DNA from: Gammaproteobacteria bacterium
GTDB lineage: Bacteria > Pseudomonadota > Gammaproteobacteria > JBOHHR01
DNA length: 42,007 nt
Direction of reading: 5' to 3'
NCBI GenBank assembly: GCA_050740975.1
Contig: JBOIEE010000334.1
Span: forward strand, 1-42,007
The position numbers and the translations under genes are program-made. Position 1 is the stretch's first letter; each line of letters starts with the position of its first letter. Shown here piece after piece: positions 8,812-16,735 of this stretch. The notes beneath the pieces are model-generated. The model was not told where the DNA came from. It saw only the letters and a program-made list of their open reading frames with translations, and did no database searches.

Positions 8812-10110
8812 ATGCAGCTCTTGATCGCCAATGGCCGTGTTATCGATCCCGAAAAGGGTTTTGACGAAGTCACCGATCTCTATGTCCGTGCCGGCAAAAT
8901 CGAGAGCATAGGTAGCGCTCCCCAGGACTTCAAGCCAGAGCGTGTCATCGACGCCAGCCATCTGGTGGTAAGCCCCGGTTTTGTAGACTTGAGCGCGCGG
9001 CTGGGTGGAGGAGAGGCCGAGCATGGGGCCACCATCGTCAGCGAAACACAAGCCGCCGCTCGCGCTGGCATTACCACCTTGTGTTGTCCGCCGGATACCA
9101 CACCGGTGCTGGACATGCCAGCGGTGGCGGAGCTGATTCATCGACGCGCTCAGCAGGCAGGTTTAGCCAAGGTGCGTTGTTTAGGAGCCCTTACCCGGAG
9201 TTTGGGTGGGGAACAATTGGCCGAAATGTACGCCTTGAAGGCTATCGGTTGCGTTGGGGTGAGCAACGCTGGAAGAGCGGTGTATAACACCGAGGTACTG
9301 CGCCGCGCCCTAGAGTATGCGGGGACTTGCGGGTTGCCGGTGGTGCTACAAGCCGAGGACCATTGGTTAGGCGGTCTGGGACACATGCACGAGGGCCGCG
9401 TCAGCACCCGCCTGGGGATCCCGGGGATCCCCGAAACGGCGGAGACCGTGGCCTTGAGCCGCGATTTGCTATTGGTCGAGCAGACCGGCGTGCGCACGCA
9501 TTTCGCCCGACTTTCAACGGCCAAAGCGGTAGAGCTGCTGGCACAGGCTCAGGCCCGGGGATTGCCGGTCAGCGCCGATGTCACCATCCATCATTTGCAT
9601 CTAACCCATGACGCGGTGGGCGATTTCGATAGCATGTGCTATATACGGCCGCCGTTGCGCACAGCCGCCGACCGTAAGGCGCTGCGTGCCGCCGTCGCCC
9701 GCGGTGTCATTGCCGCCATCTGCTCGGATCACCAGCCGCATGATGTAGACGCCAAGACCGCTCCATTCGGTGCCACAGAGCCGGGAATGTCGGCTCTGGA
9801 GCTGCTGCTGCCCCTGACGCTAGAGTTGGTCCGCGGCCAGGTGTTGGATCTGTCCACGGCGATCGCCGCGATTACCTGCCGGGCCGCGCGGGTGTTGGGG
9901 ATGCAGGCAGGCACATTAGCAATCGGTGCGAGTGCCGATGTGTGTGTGTTTGATCCCGAGCGCAGATGGATTTTGACCGAAGAAAGCTTGTTGAGCGCGG
10001 GTAAGAACTCGCCGTTCCTCGGGCGCGAACTGGTGGGTAAAGTGACCCACACGCTGTTAGACGGGGAAGTGGTGTTTGACGAGGAGGCGGATGCCCCCGC
10101 TGCACGATAG
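8812..10110 (+). CDS. pyrC': Dihydroorotase-like protein, probably the non-catalytic PyrC' type
   Basis: Amidohydrolase fold (SPGFVDL.., CSDHQPH) directly after pyrB. The first metal-binding HxH motif is replaced (PGFVDLSARL where active enzymes have D.H.H.R). Confidence 0.8.
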   Translation: MQLLIANGRVIDPEKGFDEVTDLYVRAGKIESIGSAPQDFKPERVIDASHLVVSPGFVDLSARLGGGEAEHGATIVSETQAAARAGITTLCCPPDTTPVLDMPAVAELIHRRAQQAGLAKVRCLGALTRSLGGEQLAEMYALKAIGCVGVSNAGRAVYNTEVLRRALEYAGTCGLPVVLQAEDHWLGGLGHMHEGRVSTRLGIPGIPETAETVALSRDLLLVEQTGVRTHFARLSTAKAVELLAQAQARGLPVSADVTIHHLHLTHDAVGDFDSMCYIRPPLRTAADRKALRAAVARGVIAAICSDHQPHDVDAKTAPFGATEPGMSALELLLPLTLELVRGQVLDLSTAIAAITCRAARVLGMQAGTLAIGASADVCVFDPERRWILTEESLLSAGKNSPFLGRELVGKVTHTLLDGEVVFDEEADAPAAR

Positions 10111-10999
10111 CTCACCCCAAAGCGCACAGCCTAGGGGGACTATCTTTTTAGAAGAAGCCAGGGTGCTGTCGCACCATGCATACCCCGGTGGGCAGTACGT
10201 GTTGCGGGTCCAGGCACCCAAAACGGCCGCCAATGCCGCCCCCGGCCTATTTGTGCATCTACAGTGCGACCCCTTGCTGCCCATGCGGCGGCCCATGTCC
10301 CTGATGCGGGTAAATCCCGAACTGGGATGGATCGAGATCCTGTACAAGCGGCACGGGGTAGGAACCCAACTCTTAGCCCGGCGCGTCCCCGGGGAGACAG
10401 TGAGTGTGTTAGGACCCATAGGGGTGCCTTTCAAGCTGCAGGGTTACCGCCGCCGGGCGCTGCTCATCGGCGGTGGGGTTGGGATCCCACCCATGATCTA
10501 CCTGGCGGAGCACTTAAAATCCACAGCCCCCGAGGTTTCGGTGCTCGTGGTCATGGGTTCGGAAGCGCCCTTCCCCTTCCCAGCGATCCCCTCCCGCATC
10601 CTGGTACTTGGAGTTCCGGCGCCGGTTATCGCGGCCATGCCGCTTTTAGAGGATTGGGGGATCGCAAGTCGGCTCGCGAGTCGGCAAAGCTACCCTGGCT
10701 GTTTTGATGGATATGTTACCGATCTAGCGCGCTTTTGGCTTAACTCGCTGTTGCCCGCCGAAGGACATGAGGTGGAGCTGTTCGCCTGTGGCCCCACCCC
10801 GATGTTGCAAGTCGTCGCTGAATTGGCCCGCGAGTACGTTCTTCCCTGCCAGCTTTCGGTTGAAGAGTACATGGCGTGCGCGGTCGGTGGGTGTGCCGGT
10901 TGCACGGTCGCGGTGCGTACCCCCTCCGGGCCGGCGATGAAACGCGTTTGTGTCGACGGCCCGGTCTTCGAGGCATCGGAGCTTGTATTTGAGGCTTAG
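10091..10999 (+). CDS. PyrK-like FAD/NAD(P)-binding oxidoreductase with C-terminal 2Fe-2S motif
   Basis: RPMS (FAD-binding RxxS), GGGVGIPP (NAD-binding) and CAVGGCAGC..(16)..CVDGPVF cysteine cluster, as in the dihydroorotate dehydrogenase electron-transfer subunit. Start ambiguous (ATG 10091 after GAGGAGG, or TTG 10076). Confidence 0.7.
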   Translation: MPPLHDSSPQSAQPRGTIFLEEARVLSHHAYPGGQYVLRVQAPKTAANAAPGLFVHLQCDPLLPMRRPMSLMRVNPELGWIEILYKRHGVGTQLLARRVPGETVSVLGPIGVPFKLQGYRRRALLIGGGVGIPPMIYLAEHLKSTAPEVSVLVVMGSEAPFPFPAIPSRILVLGVPAPVIAAMPLLEDWGIASRLASRQSYPGCFDGYVTDLARFWLNSLLPAEGHEVELFACGPTPMLQVVAELAREYVLPCQLSVEEYMACAVGGCAGCTVAVRTPSGPAMKRVCVDGPVFEASELVFEA

Positions 11000-11161
11000 G
11001 GCCGGACAGGCGACAGTGTTTCACATCTGCCCACTCATCGCCGCCATGGACTGACACCCGGCGTTCTCACACTGGGTCAATCGTGGTCGGTTGGTAGGCA
11101 CGAGAGGGGCCTGGATCCGCTTCAAGTCTTCCAGCACCGAGCCAGCAGGGGTGCGACAATT

Positions 11162-11178
11162 TGTCGCATGTTCGAATA
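11162..11178. promoter_or_regulatory. Perfect 17-bp palindrome, candidate operator upstream of the barrel gene
   Basis: tgcgacaa-t-ttgtcgca lies 62 nt upstream of the ATG at 11240. No known box is assigned. Confidence 0.3.
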
Positions 11179-11239
11179 TCGCTTGTTCGGTTACACTTCC
11201 CGGCCACCTGAAAATTCCAACACCAAAGAGGTCGAGTCC

Positions 11240-12340
11240 ATGCAACGACGTTACACATATCTTCAAGCGTTACTGTTTTTTGGCTTAGTGTTTCATGCCT
11301 TGTCTGCCCACGCGGATCATCTTTCGGGGGGACTTGGGATCGAGCAGACGGCCCCCATCAACACCGAAAGCGCTGTGCCCTTGAAACAAGGCTCATGGAT
11401 TGCGGGTGTGCGCACGGAATACGTTAATAACGATAGCTTTTCGGATCAGGAGCTCATCACCCTACGCGGGATCGGCATCAACCGGGATGGCGAGGCCGAT
11501 GAAGACCTGCATAGCATCGACTCCATATTAGGTGTCTCACTACGAGCCGCCTATGGTGTGACGGAAAACTTAACGGTAGGTTTTCGATTGCCTTATGTTC
11601 GGCGCGAGAATATCCGTGAGCCGGAAGAAGGACATGCCCATGGCGCGAATCCGATCGTCGTCCACGATATCGTCGAGCACGGAGACAGCGCCGGAATCGG
11701 TGACACCACCTTCTTTGGCCAATACCGGTTTTACCATGACGGGAGCAGCGATATCGCGGCCCTGTTCGGAGTCAAGACCCCGACCGGCGAGACGGGGGAA
11801 GAGGGCTTTGAAGGCGAGCACTTTGGCGGACGCTTTGTAACCGATGTGTTCCCAAGCGAAGAGGAAGAAGGACATCATCACCAAGGCACCCGCCTAGAGA
11901 CCCATCAGCAACCGGGCTCCGGTTCCTGGGACGGAATAGTTGGGGTCGCTTACAGCCGAAGCATAAGCCCGGTCAACTTTGATACGAGTGTTCTTTATAC
12001 CGTAGTCAGCGAAGGGTCTCAGGATACAGATCTCGGGGACATCTTTAACTACAACTTTGCGCTGTCGCATCCGACGAATGCTTTTGTTCCCTGCCAACCG
12101 TGCTCGTGGAACCTGGTGTTGGAGCTGAACGGCGAGTGGCGGGACAAGGAGGAGAGAGGAGATATCGAGATCGGCAACTCCGGCGGCCATGTGCTTTATC
12201 TCGCACCGGGGTTCCGCTTCATCGGCCCGGGTGGGTGGAATATGGCGCTCTCGGCCGGCTATCCGGTGGTCAACGATCTGAATGGCGATCAGTCTGAACC
12301 GGATTATCGAATCGTAGGCACGGTGAATTTCAACTTCTAA
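11240..12340 (+). CDS. Outer-membrane beta-barrel protein with His-rich loops (possibly MetA-pathway/transporter-like family)
   Basis: Signal peptide MQRRYTYLQALLFFGLVFHALSAHA. Alternating beta-strand pattern, GIGDTTFFGQYRF and FGVKTPTGE motifs, terminal ..VNFNF. His-rich inserts EEGHAHG and EEEEGHHHQG. AAGAGG RBS. Confidence 0.6.
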   Translation: MQRRYTYLQALLFFGLVFHALSAHADHLSGGLGIEQTAPINTESAVPLKQGSWIAGVRTEYVNNDSFSDQELITLRGIGINRDGEADEDLHSIDSILGVSLRAAYGVTENLTVGFRLPYVRRENIREPEEGHAHGANPIVVHDIVEHGDSAGIGDTTFFGQYRFYHDGSSDIAALFGVKTPTGETGEEGFEGEHFGGRFVTDVFPSEEEEGHHHQGTRLETHQQPGSGSWDGIVGVAYSRSISPVNFDTSVLYTVVSEGSQDTDLGDIFNYNFALSHPTNAFVPCQPCSWNLVLELNGEWRDKEERGDIEIGNSGGHVLYLAPGFRFIGPGGWNMALSAGYPVVNDLNGDQSEPDYRIVGTVNFNF

Positions 12341-12363
12341 CCATACCGGCACCGCACCGTCTG

Positions 12364-13572
12364 ATGGCACGTTATACGAGGTTTGATCTACTGCATAGGC
12401 ATGATGGCGGAAGCCGCCGCACAGGGTTTCGTGCGCGAGCGTTTTCACTATTTGCGGTCCTATCTCTAGTGCTATGGGGCTGTGCCTCTGCACCGGTTGC
12501 CCCTAATGCTTCAGCGGCTGCGGCTTCCGGACTGATTGTTTCGGTGGCTTTCGCGCCCGACAGTCGCCTATGGCGGGTACGCGCCACAGCCGATCGGATT
12601 TATGTAGATTACTCAGACGATTTCGGAGTGAGCTATAGCGCGCCGATCACAGTGAATGAGACACCACAGCGGATCAGAGCGTTGCCAGAAGATCGGCCGG
12701 GGCTCGCAGCCGACAAATCGGGCCGTATCGCCGTGGTTTATTACGCCGAAGAGTCCCATGGCGTGGTTCCCTATTTCAGCTACTCACTGGATAGGGGCCA
12801 GCACTTCAGTTCACCGCGGCCTTTGACCACACCCGGATCCGAGGCCGAGCATGCGATGGTGAAGCTCGTGGCCGATGATAGGGATCGTTTCTACCTGTTC
12901 TGGTATGAGACTCGCGCACACGAGCCGGGCGCATCGCTTTACTATACGGTTAGCGACAAGCCTGAGATACTGCCTGTCCCCAACCGACGGATAACCGCTA
13001 CCCTGTGCGAATGCTGCCGGCTGGCGTTGGATTTTAATCGCGACCAACAGCCGGTACTATTGGCTCGGGTCATCTTTCCAGGAAGCGTCCGGGACCATGC
13101 GTTAATTGCACTCAACCCCGAGTCAACTCGGCGTGTGACTGACGACGACTGGTATATCGAAGCTTGTCCCAAGCACGGTCCGGCGCTCTCCATTGCTGCA
13201 GACGGTCGCTATCACATCGCCTGGTTTACCCAGGGCAAAAAACGGAAGGGCTTGTTCTACGCCTACGCGGATAACCTAGGACAGAGCTTCTCGCAACCCA
13301 AGCGTTTCGGTAACCCCAAATCCCTGCCCGAACACGCCGATGTCCTCGCGCTCGGAGATCGGGTAGTGCTCACTTGGAAGGAGTTCGATGGGCAACGGAC
13401 ACGACTCTTGGCGATGCAGTCCCGCGATCGCGGTAATACGTGGTTAGCAAGCAGTGTGATCGGAGAATCGAACAGCGGATCCGATCAGCCGGACCTCATC
13501 ACTAACGGCCAGCGTACGTTCGCGTCCTGGAGCGCTCTGGATAACGGCCATAGGCTCATTCCGATCCCGTAG
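12364..13572 (+). CDS. BNR/Asp-box repeat (sialidase-like beta-propeller) lipoprotein
   Basis: Lipobox LVLWGC. Four Asp-boxes: SDDFGVSY, SLDRGQHF, ADNLGQSF and SRDRGNTW. Confidence 0.7.
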   Translation: MARYTRFDLLHRHDGGSRRTGFRARAFSLFAVLSLVLWGCASAPVAPNASAAAASGLIVSVAFAPDSRLWRVRATADRIYVDYSDDFGVSYSAPITVNETPQRIRALPEDRPGLAADKSGRIAVVYYAEESHGVVPYFSYSLDRGQHFSSPRPLTTPGSEAEHAMVKLVADDRDRFYLFWYETRAHEPGASLYYTVSDKPEILPVPNRRITATLCECCRLALDFNRDQQPVLLARVIFPGSVRDHALIALNPESTRRVTDDDWYIEACPKHGPALSIAADGRYHIAWFTQGKKRKGLFYAYADNLGQSFSQPKRFGNPKSLPEHADVLALGDRVVLTWKEFDGQRTRLLAMQSRDRGNTWLASSVIGESNSGSDQPDLITNGQRTFASWSALDNGHRLIPIP

Positions 13573-13617
13573 GTTGAAGGAGGTGCGAATGATTTCGGGG
13601 AGCGAGGTGGGCGGAGG
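13566..13617 (+). repeat. Left 52-bp direct repeat (attL-like) of the islet
   Basis: cccgtaggttgaaggaggtgcgaatgatttcggggagcgaggtgggcggagg matches 18813-18864 at 50 of 52 positions. Contains the TAG stop of the BNR gene. Confidence 0.8.
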
Positions 13618-13639
13618 GGACATAAACTCGGTACTCGAC

Positions 13640-13808
13640 TGGTCATCCGTGGCGAGGAATTTCAGCTATGGAGACAGTAAACGTTTATCGGAAGCTACGT
13701 TGGACGCAGGGAGTGTCACATAGAATCCGACTGGCTGCTGATCTACAAGTTGGACCGGAACACATCCTCTTCGAGCGCACACGGTCGCACGCGGACTTAT
13801 TTAGAGAT
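13640..13808 (+). pseudogene. Multiply frameshifted YafQ/RelE-type toxin relic
   Basis: Frame fragments ..YVGRRECHIESDWLLIYKLD and ..PEHILFERTRSHADLF match the conserved C-terminal half of YafQ-family toxins (RECHI.PDWLLIYK...L.L.RTGSHSDLF) but sit in different frames. No partner antitoxin is present. Confidence 0.5.
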
Positions 13809-13925
13809 AACGCTGATTGAAACTAGGCCTGTGGGGTTAGATCCTATAGGTCATTTACGCGATCATATTGATTGCCTTATAGTTCAATATATGGCGTCTG
13901 GTTATATCTGCCTGTTGGATGAGAA

Positions 13926-16718
13926 ATGGCCAATACTGCAAACCCAATTACGTTCTTTCGCGGAGAGCCCTTCGAGTTGTCCCGGCCCGTGTCGAGCCGC
14001 TTTTTTGACAAGTTCGCTCAGAAATGGCGTCAACCGTTAGGAGAGGGAAGGCGGCCCCTCTTTGTGCTTGGCGCAGGAGTATCGCGCGCTGCATCTGTGC
14101 CAATGATGTCCGATATGCTTAGCCACCTAAGCAAGCTATTGGAAGAAGCGCAGCAGGACCAGACTACCGATAGTGCTCTAGGGGAAGCGCGCTTATACTC
14201 CGAACAAGCGATTGCAACGCGCGGTCGTACTGATTGTGCGCTGCTCTTTGGGGCGTTACAGGATTCGGAGAAACCAGAGGCAAGGGACGTATGGCGCACG
14301 TTCTGCCAGGACTTCATTTCTGGGGAGATTACCACTGATGCGCAACCGCCGGCGCATACCTCCCTATTCGAGGCCCAACCCACTGAGACGCACCAGTGGA
14401 TCGCAGATCTAGTAGTTACGTCTCAGGCGCAATGCATAAGTCTCAATTTCGATGGCCTCACCCGAAAAGCCATCGACAACATGCTCAGGAGCAAGAATGG
14501 ATCCGGTAAATGTGTGATCCTGGACACGGCTGAAAAGATAACGAACTTCATAGGCCGCGATCCAAGAAGCAATGAGGCAAAGCACCTGCGGTCTATAATC
14601 AAGCTGCGGGGAGACGTATTCTACGCCATCTGTGTTACGCCTGGCTGTCCTCTCTCAGAGATCCAGACTCCCGTTTATGACCTCCCGACCTCCGACCCAA
14701 AGCAGCGCCTAACGTGTCCTGAGTGCAAATGCCAGAGAAACCTCCAGATTGCGTTTCCGGGGCACCACGATAAAGAGCGGGAAAGCGAAGCGATTCTTGA
14801 CGCCGCATGGCGGTACCTAGTTCCGTCCACTTCATTGTTCATGATCATGGGCTTCAGTGGCGAATGGGATGGCAGCGTTGTCGAATTTGTTTTCTCGGCA
14901 GCACAACTGCTAAGCGTCCCAGTTATTGACGTCCGGATTAAACCGGACGAGGAGTCTTCGCATTACATTAAAGATATTTGGTGTCAGCGGTTCCCACGGG
15001 TAGAGTATCAGCCCATTTACTGCACTGCGGATGAATTCGCCACCCGCGCTGCAAACAATGTTAGTGCCAGGAATAACGCTGAGGTCATTGCAGTGGTCGG
15101 CTGCCCAGTCATAAAGCCTAAGCCCTTGCCCGCAGACCACATTTGGGACACCAGAGGGACAGACGTGCGTCCTATGATCGGTCAGATCTGCGCAGCCGAC
15201 GACTTTCGCAGTTTGGAGAACTACTCACAGTTAGGGCTTAAGACCTTCTGGTGGGGGGCGGTAGGGAGTTTCCAACTACACGACCGATATCACCACTCCA
15301 TTGGAACGATGCGAGTCGCTTCAAGATGGCATGGATGCCTCACGGATTGTGCTTTTTCGAATGACCTTTCAAGAGCAAGTGACAGAGAAAACGAATTCTT
15401 GGCTATTGCGGCATTGCTGCACGACTATGGACATCTCCCATTTTCACACTTGTTTGAAGAGATATTCGACGAGCTACATTGGACGACGGTGAATTCCTCG
15501 GGCAAACCATGGCACGAGGTCCTGACCCACAAAAAGATCCGCGAGCTGGTCGCCATGGATATCGCTGGTAAGCAAGATGCTGTTAAAATGTACACTGAAT
15601 ATCTCGGATTTACGGTCGATCAATTGCTCAGTTTGATAGATGGATGTCTTGGAAAGCCTTATCTCGACGCACTTGTTAATAGCCCCCTCGACGCAGACAA
15701 GATCGATTATGTATTTCGTGACCTCTACTTCCTTGAAATGGCGGGCAAGCTGGAACATAGAAGGCTTGGGAATAGCGTAGGAGATCCTATAGCGTGGCGA
15801 GATGATTTCTTTCGAGAACAAGAGCTATCCCCGGAGCAACTAATTCGTCTCAACGGCCGTTCTGCTTTAAGATTGCTGGAACTTCTCGAGACACGACGAA
15901 ATCTGTATTTTAAGTTTTACCTTTCTCCTGAAATGCGTGTGATGGAGCGGATTACGGCCTTCGTAATGACTAATTATCTCGCGCACGTCATATCAAGAAA
16001 GCTAGGTGATGAGATTCGAGATAGCGATCAGCCGTTCGAATACGATCACGGCGATCTGAAAGTTCGCCTCGCAACCGATAACATCCTTGGCAAGTACGAC
16101 AACGTGATGATCAACCACAGCACTAATAAGTATAAGGAGCTCCCCCTGTTGGGTGTGCTCCTGGAAGAGTTGCTGGAGGACGGGTTTCCGATTGACGATG
16201 TCCCGCGTGAGGTGCTCAAGAAACTTAAGGATACGCTGAATAGATTCCCGAAAGATCGAGACGAAGGCCCATTCGGGGTGACAGTAAGGGACGTATATAA
16301 GGATTTGCACGTTGGTGGACCGTATTATTTCGACTCGTCGCATGAAGGAAAGATTAGGGACATGGTTAGAGAACTAACCTTGCTCTATCAGGGTTCAGTG
16401 CTGTTCGATGTTGTTAAGACTCCGCGCTTCCTTGCTGGGGCAAAAACAAGAAGATATCGTCGCTTGTGGGCCAATGGAGAGGTTATCGGAGAGACGTTTC
16501 TAGTGCCGTCCATTAATCCAATGAAATGGACAGTCAAGACACGTGCCGCGGTTCCGTTAGGCGCTGTAGATTTCGGGCAACTCGAACGTCAGTACCTTCA
16601 GGTGATTGTCTTTGACCCGCTAGGTTATCCTACAAAGGCTCGTTTCGTTGACCAAGAGTTTCGGCGCAGATGCCGTGCGAGTGGCGTCGATTTTATGGAC
16701 ACAATTACGTCGAATTGA
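13926..16718 (+). CDS. Fusion protein: N-terminal sirtuin (SIR2)-like domain with Zn-ribbon, plus C-terminal SAMHD1/COG1078-type HD phosphohydrolase domain
   Basis: SIR2 motifs: GAGVS (aa 49-53), HQWIADL..ISLNFDGL (156-178), and Cys236/241/264/267. HD motifs: HDRYHHSIG (452-460), LLHDYGHLPFSH (497-508), DADKIDYVFRD (589-599). First ATG after an in-frame stop. 930 aa. Confidence 0.85.
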   Translation: MANTANPITFFRGEPFELSRPVSSRFFDKFAQKWRQPLGEGRRPLFVLGAGVSRAASVPMMSDMLSHLSKLLEEAQQDQTTDSALGEARLYSEQAIATRGRTDCALLFGALQDSEKPEARDVWRTFCQDFISGEITTDAQPPAHTSLFEAQPTETHQWIADLVVTSQAQCISLNFDGLTRKAIDNMLRSKNGSGKCVILDTAEKITNFIGRDPRSNEAKHLRSIIKLRGDVFYAICVTPGCPLSEIQTPVYDLPTSDPKQRLTCPECKCQRNLQIAFPGHHDKERESEAILDAAWRYLVPSTSLFMIMGFSGEWDGSVVEFVFSAAQLLSVPVIDVRIKPDEESSHYIKDIWCQRFPRVEYQPIYCTADEFATRAANNVSARNNAEVIAVVGCPVIKPKPLPADHIWDTRGTDVRPMIGQICAADDFRSLENYSQLGLKTFWWGAVGSFQLHDRYHHSIGTMRVASRWHGCLTDCAFSNDLSRASDRENEFLAIAALLHDYGHLPFSHLFEEIFDELHWTTVNSSGKPWHEVLTHKKIRELVAMDIAGKQDAVKMYTEYLGFTVDQLLSLIDGCLGKPYLDALVNSPLDADKIDYVFRDLYFLEMAGKLEHRRLGNSVGDPIAWRDDFFREQELSPEQLIRLNGRSALRLLELLETRRNLYFKFYLSPEMRVMERITAFVMTNYLAHVISRKLGDEIRDSDQPFEYDHGDLKVRLATDNILGKYDNVMINHSTNKYKELPLLGVLLEELLEDGFPIDDVPREVLKKLKDTLNRFPKDRDEGPFGVTVRDVYKDLHVGGPYYFDSSHEGKIRDMVRELTLLYQGSVLFDVVKTPRFLAGAKTRRYRRLWANGEVIGETFLVPSINPMKWTVKTRAAVPLGAVDFGQLERQYLQVIVFDPLGYPTKARFVDQEFRRRCRASGVDFMDTITSN

Positions 16719-16735
16719 CTAGCTCAGGAGGCGCA

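Noticed and set aside
7929-8873. 314-aa minus-strand ORF
   Set aside because: Fully antisense to pyrB, with low-complexity Arg/Ala/His-rich composition. Spurious.
13750-14040. 96-aa ORF overlapping the start of the SIR2-HD gene
   Set aside because: It lies out of frame over the toxin relic and the gene 1 start, with no RBS or motif. Its first part is the shifted YafQ-like relic.
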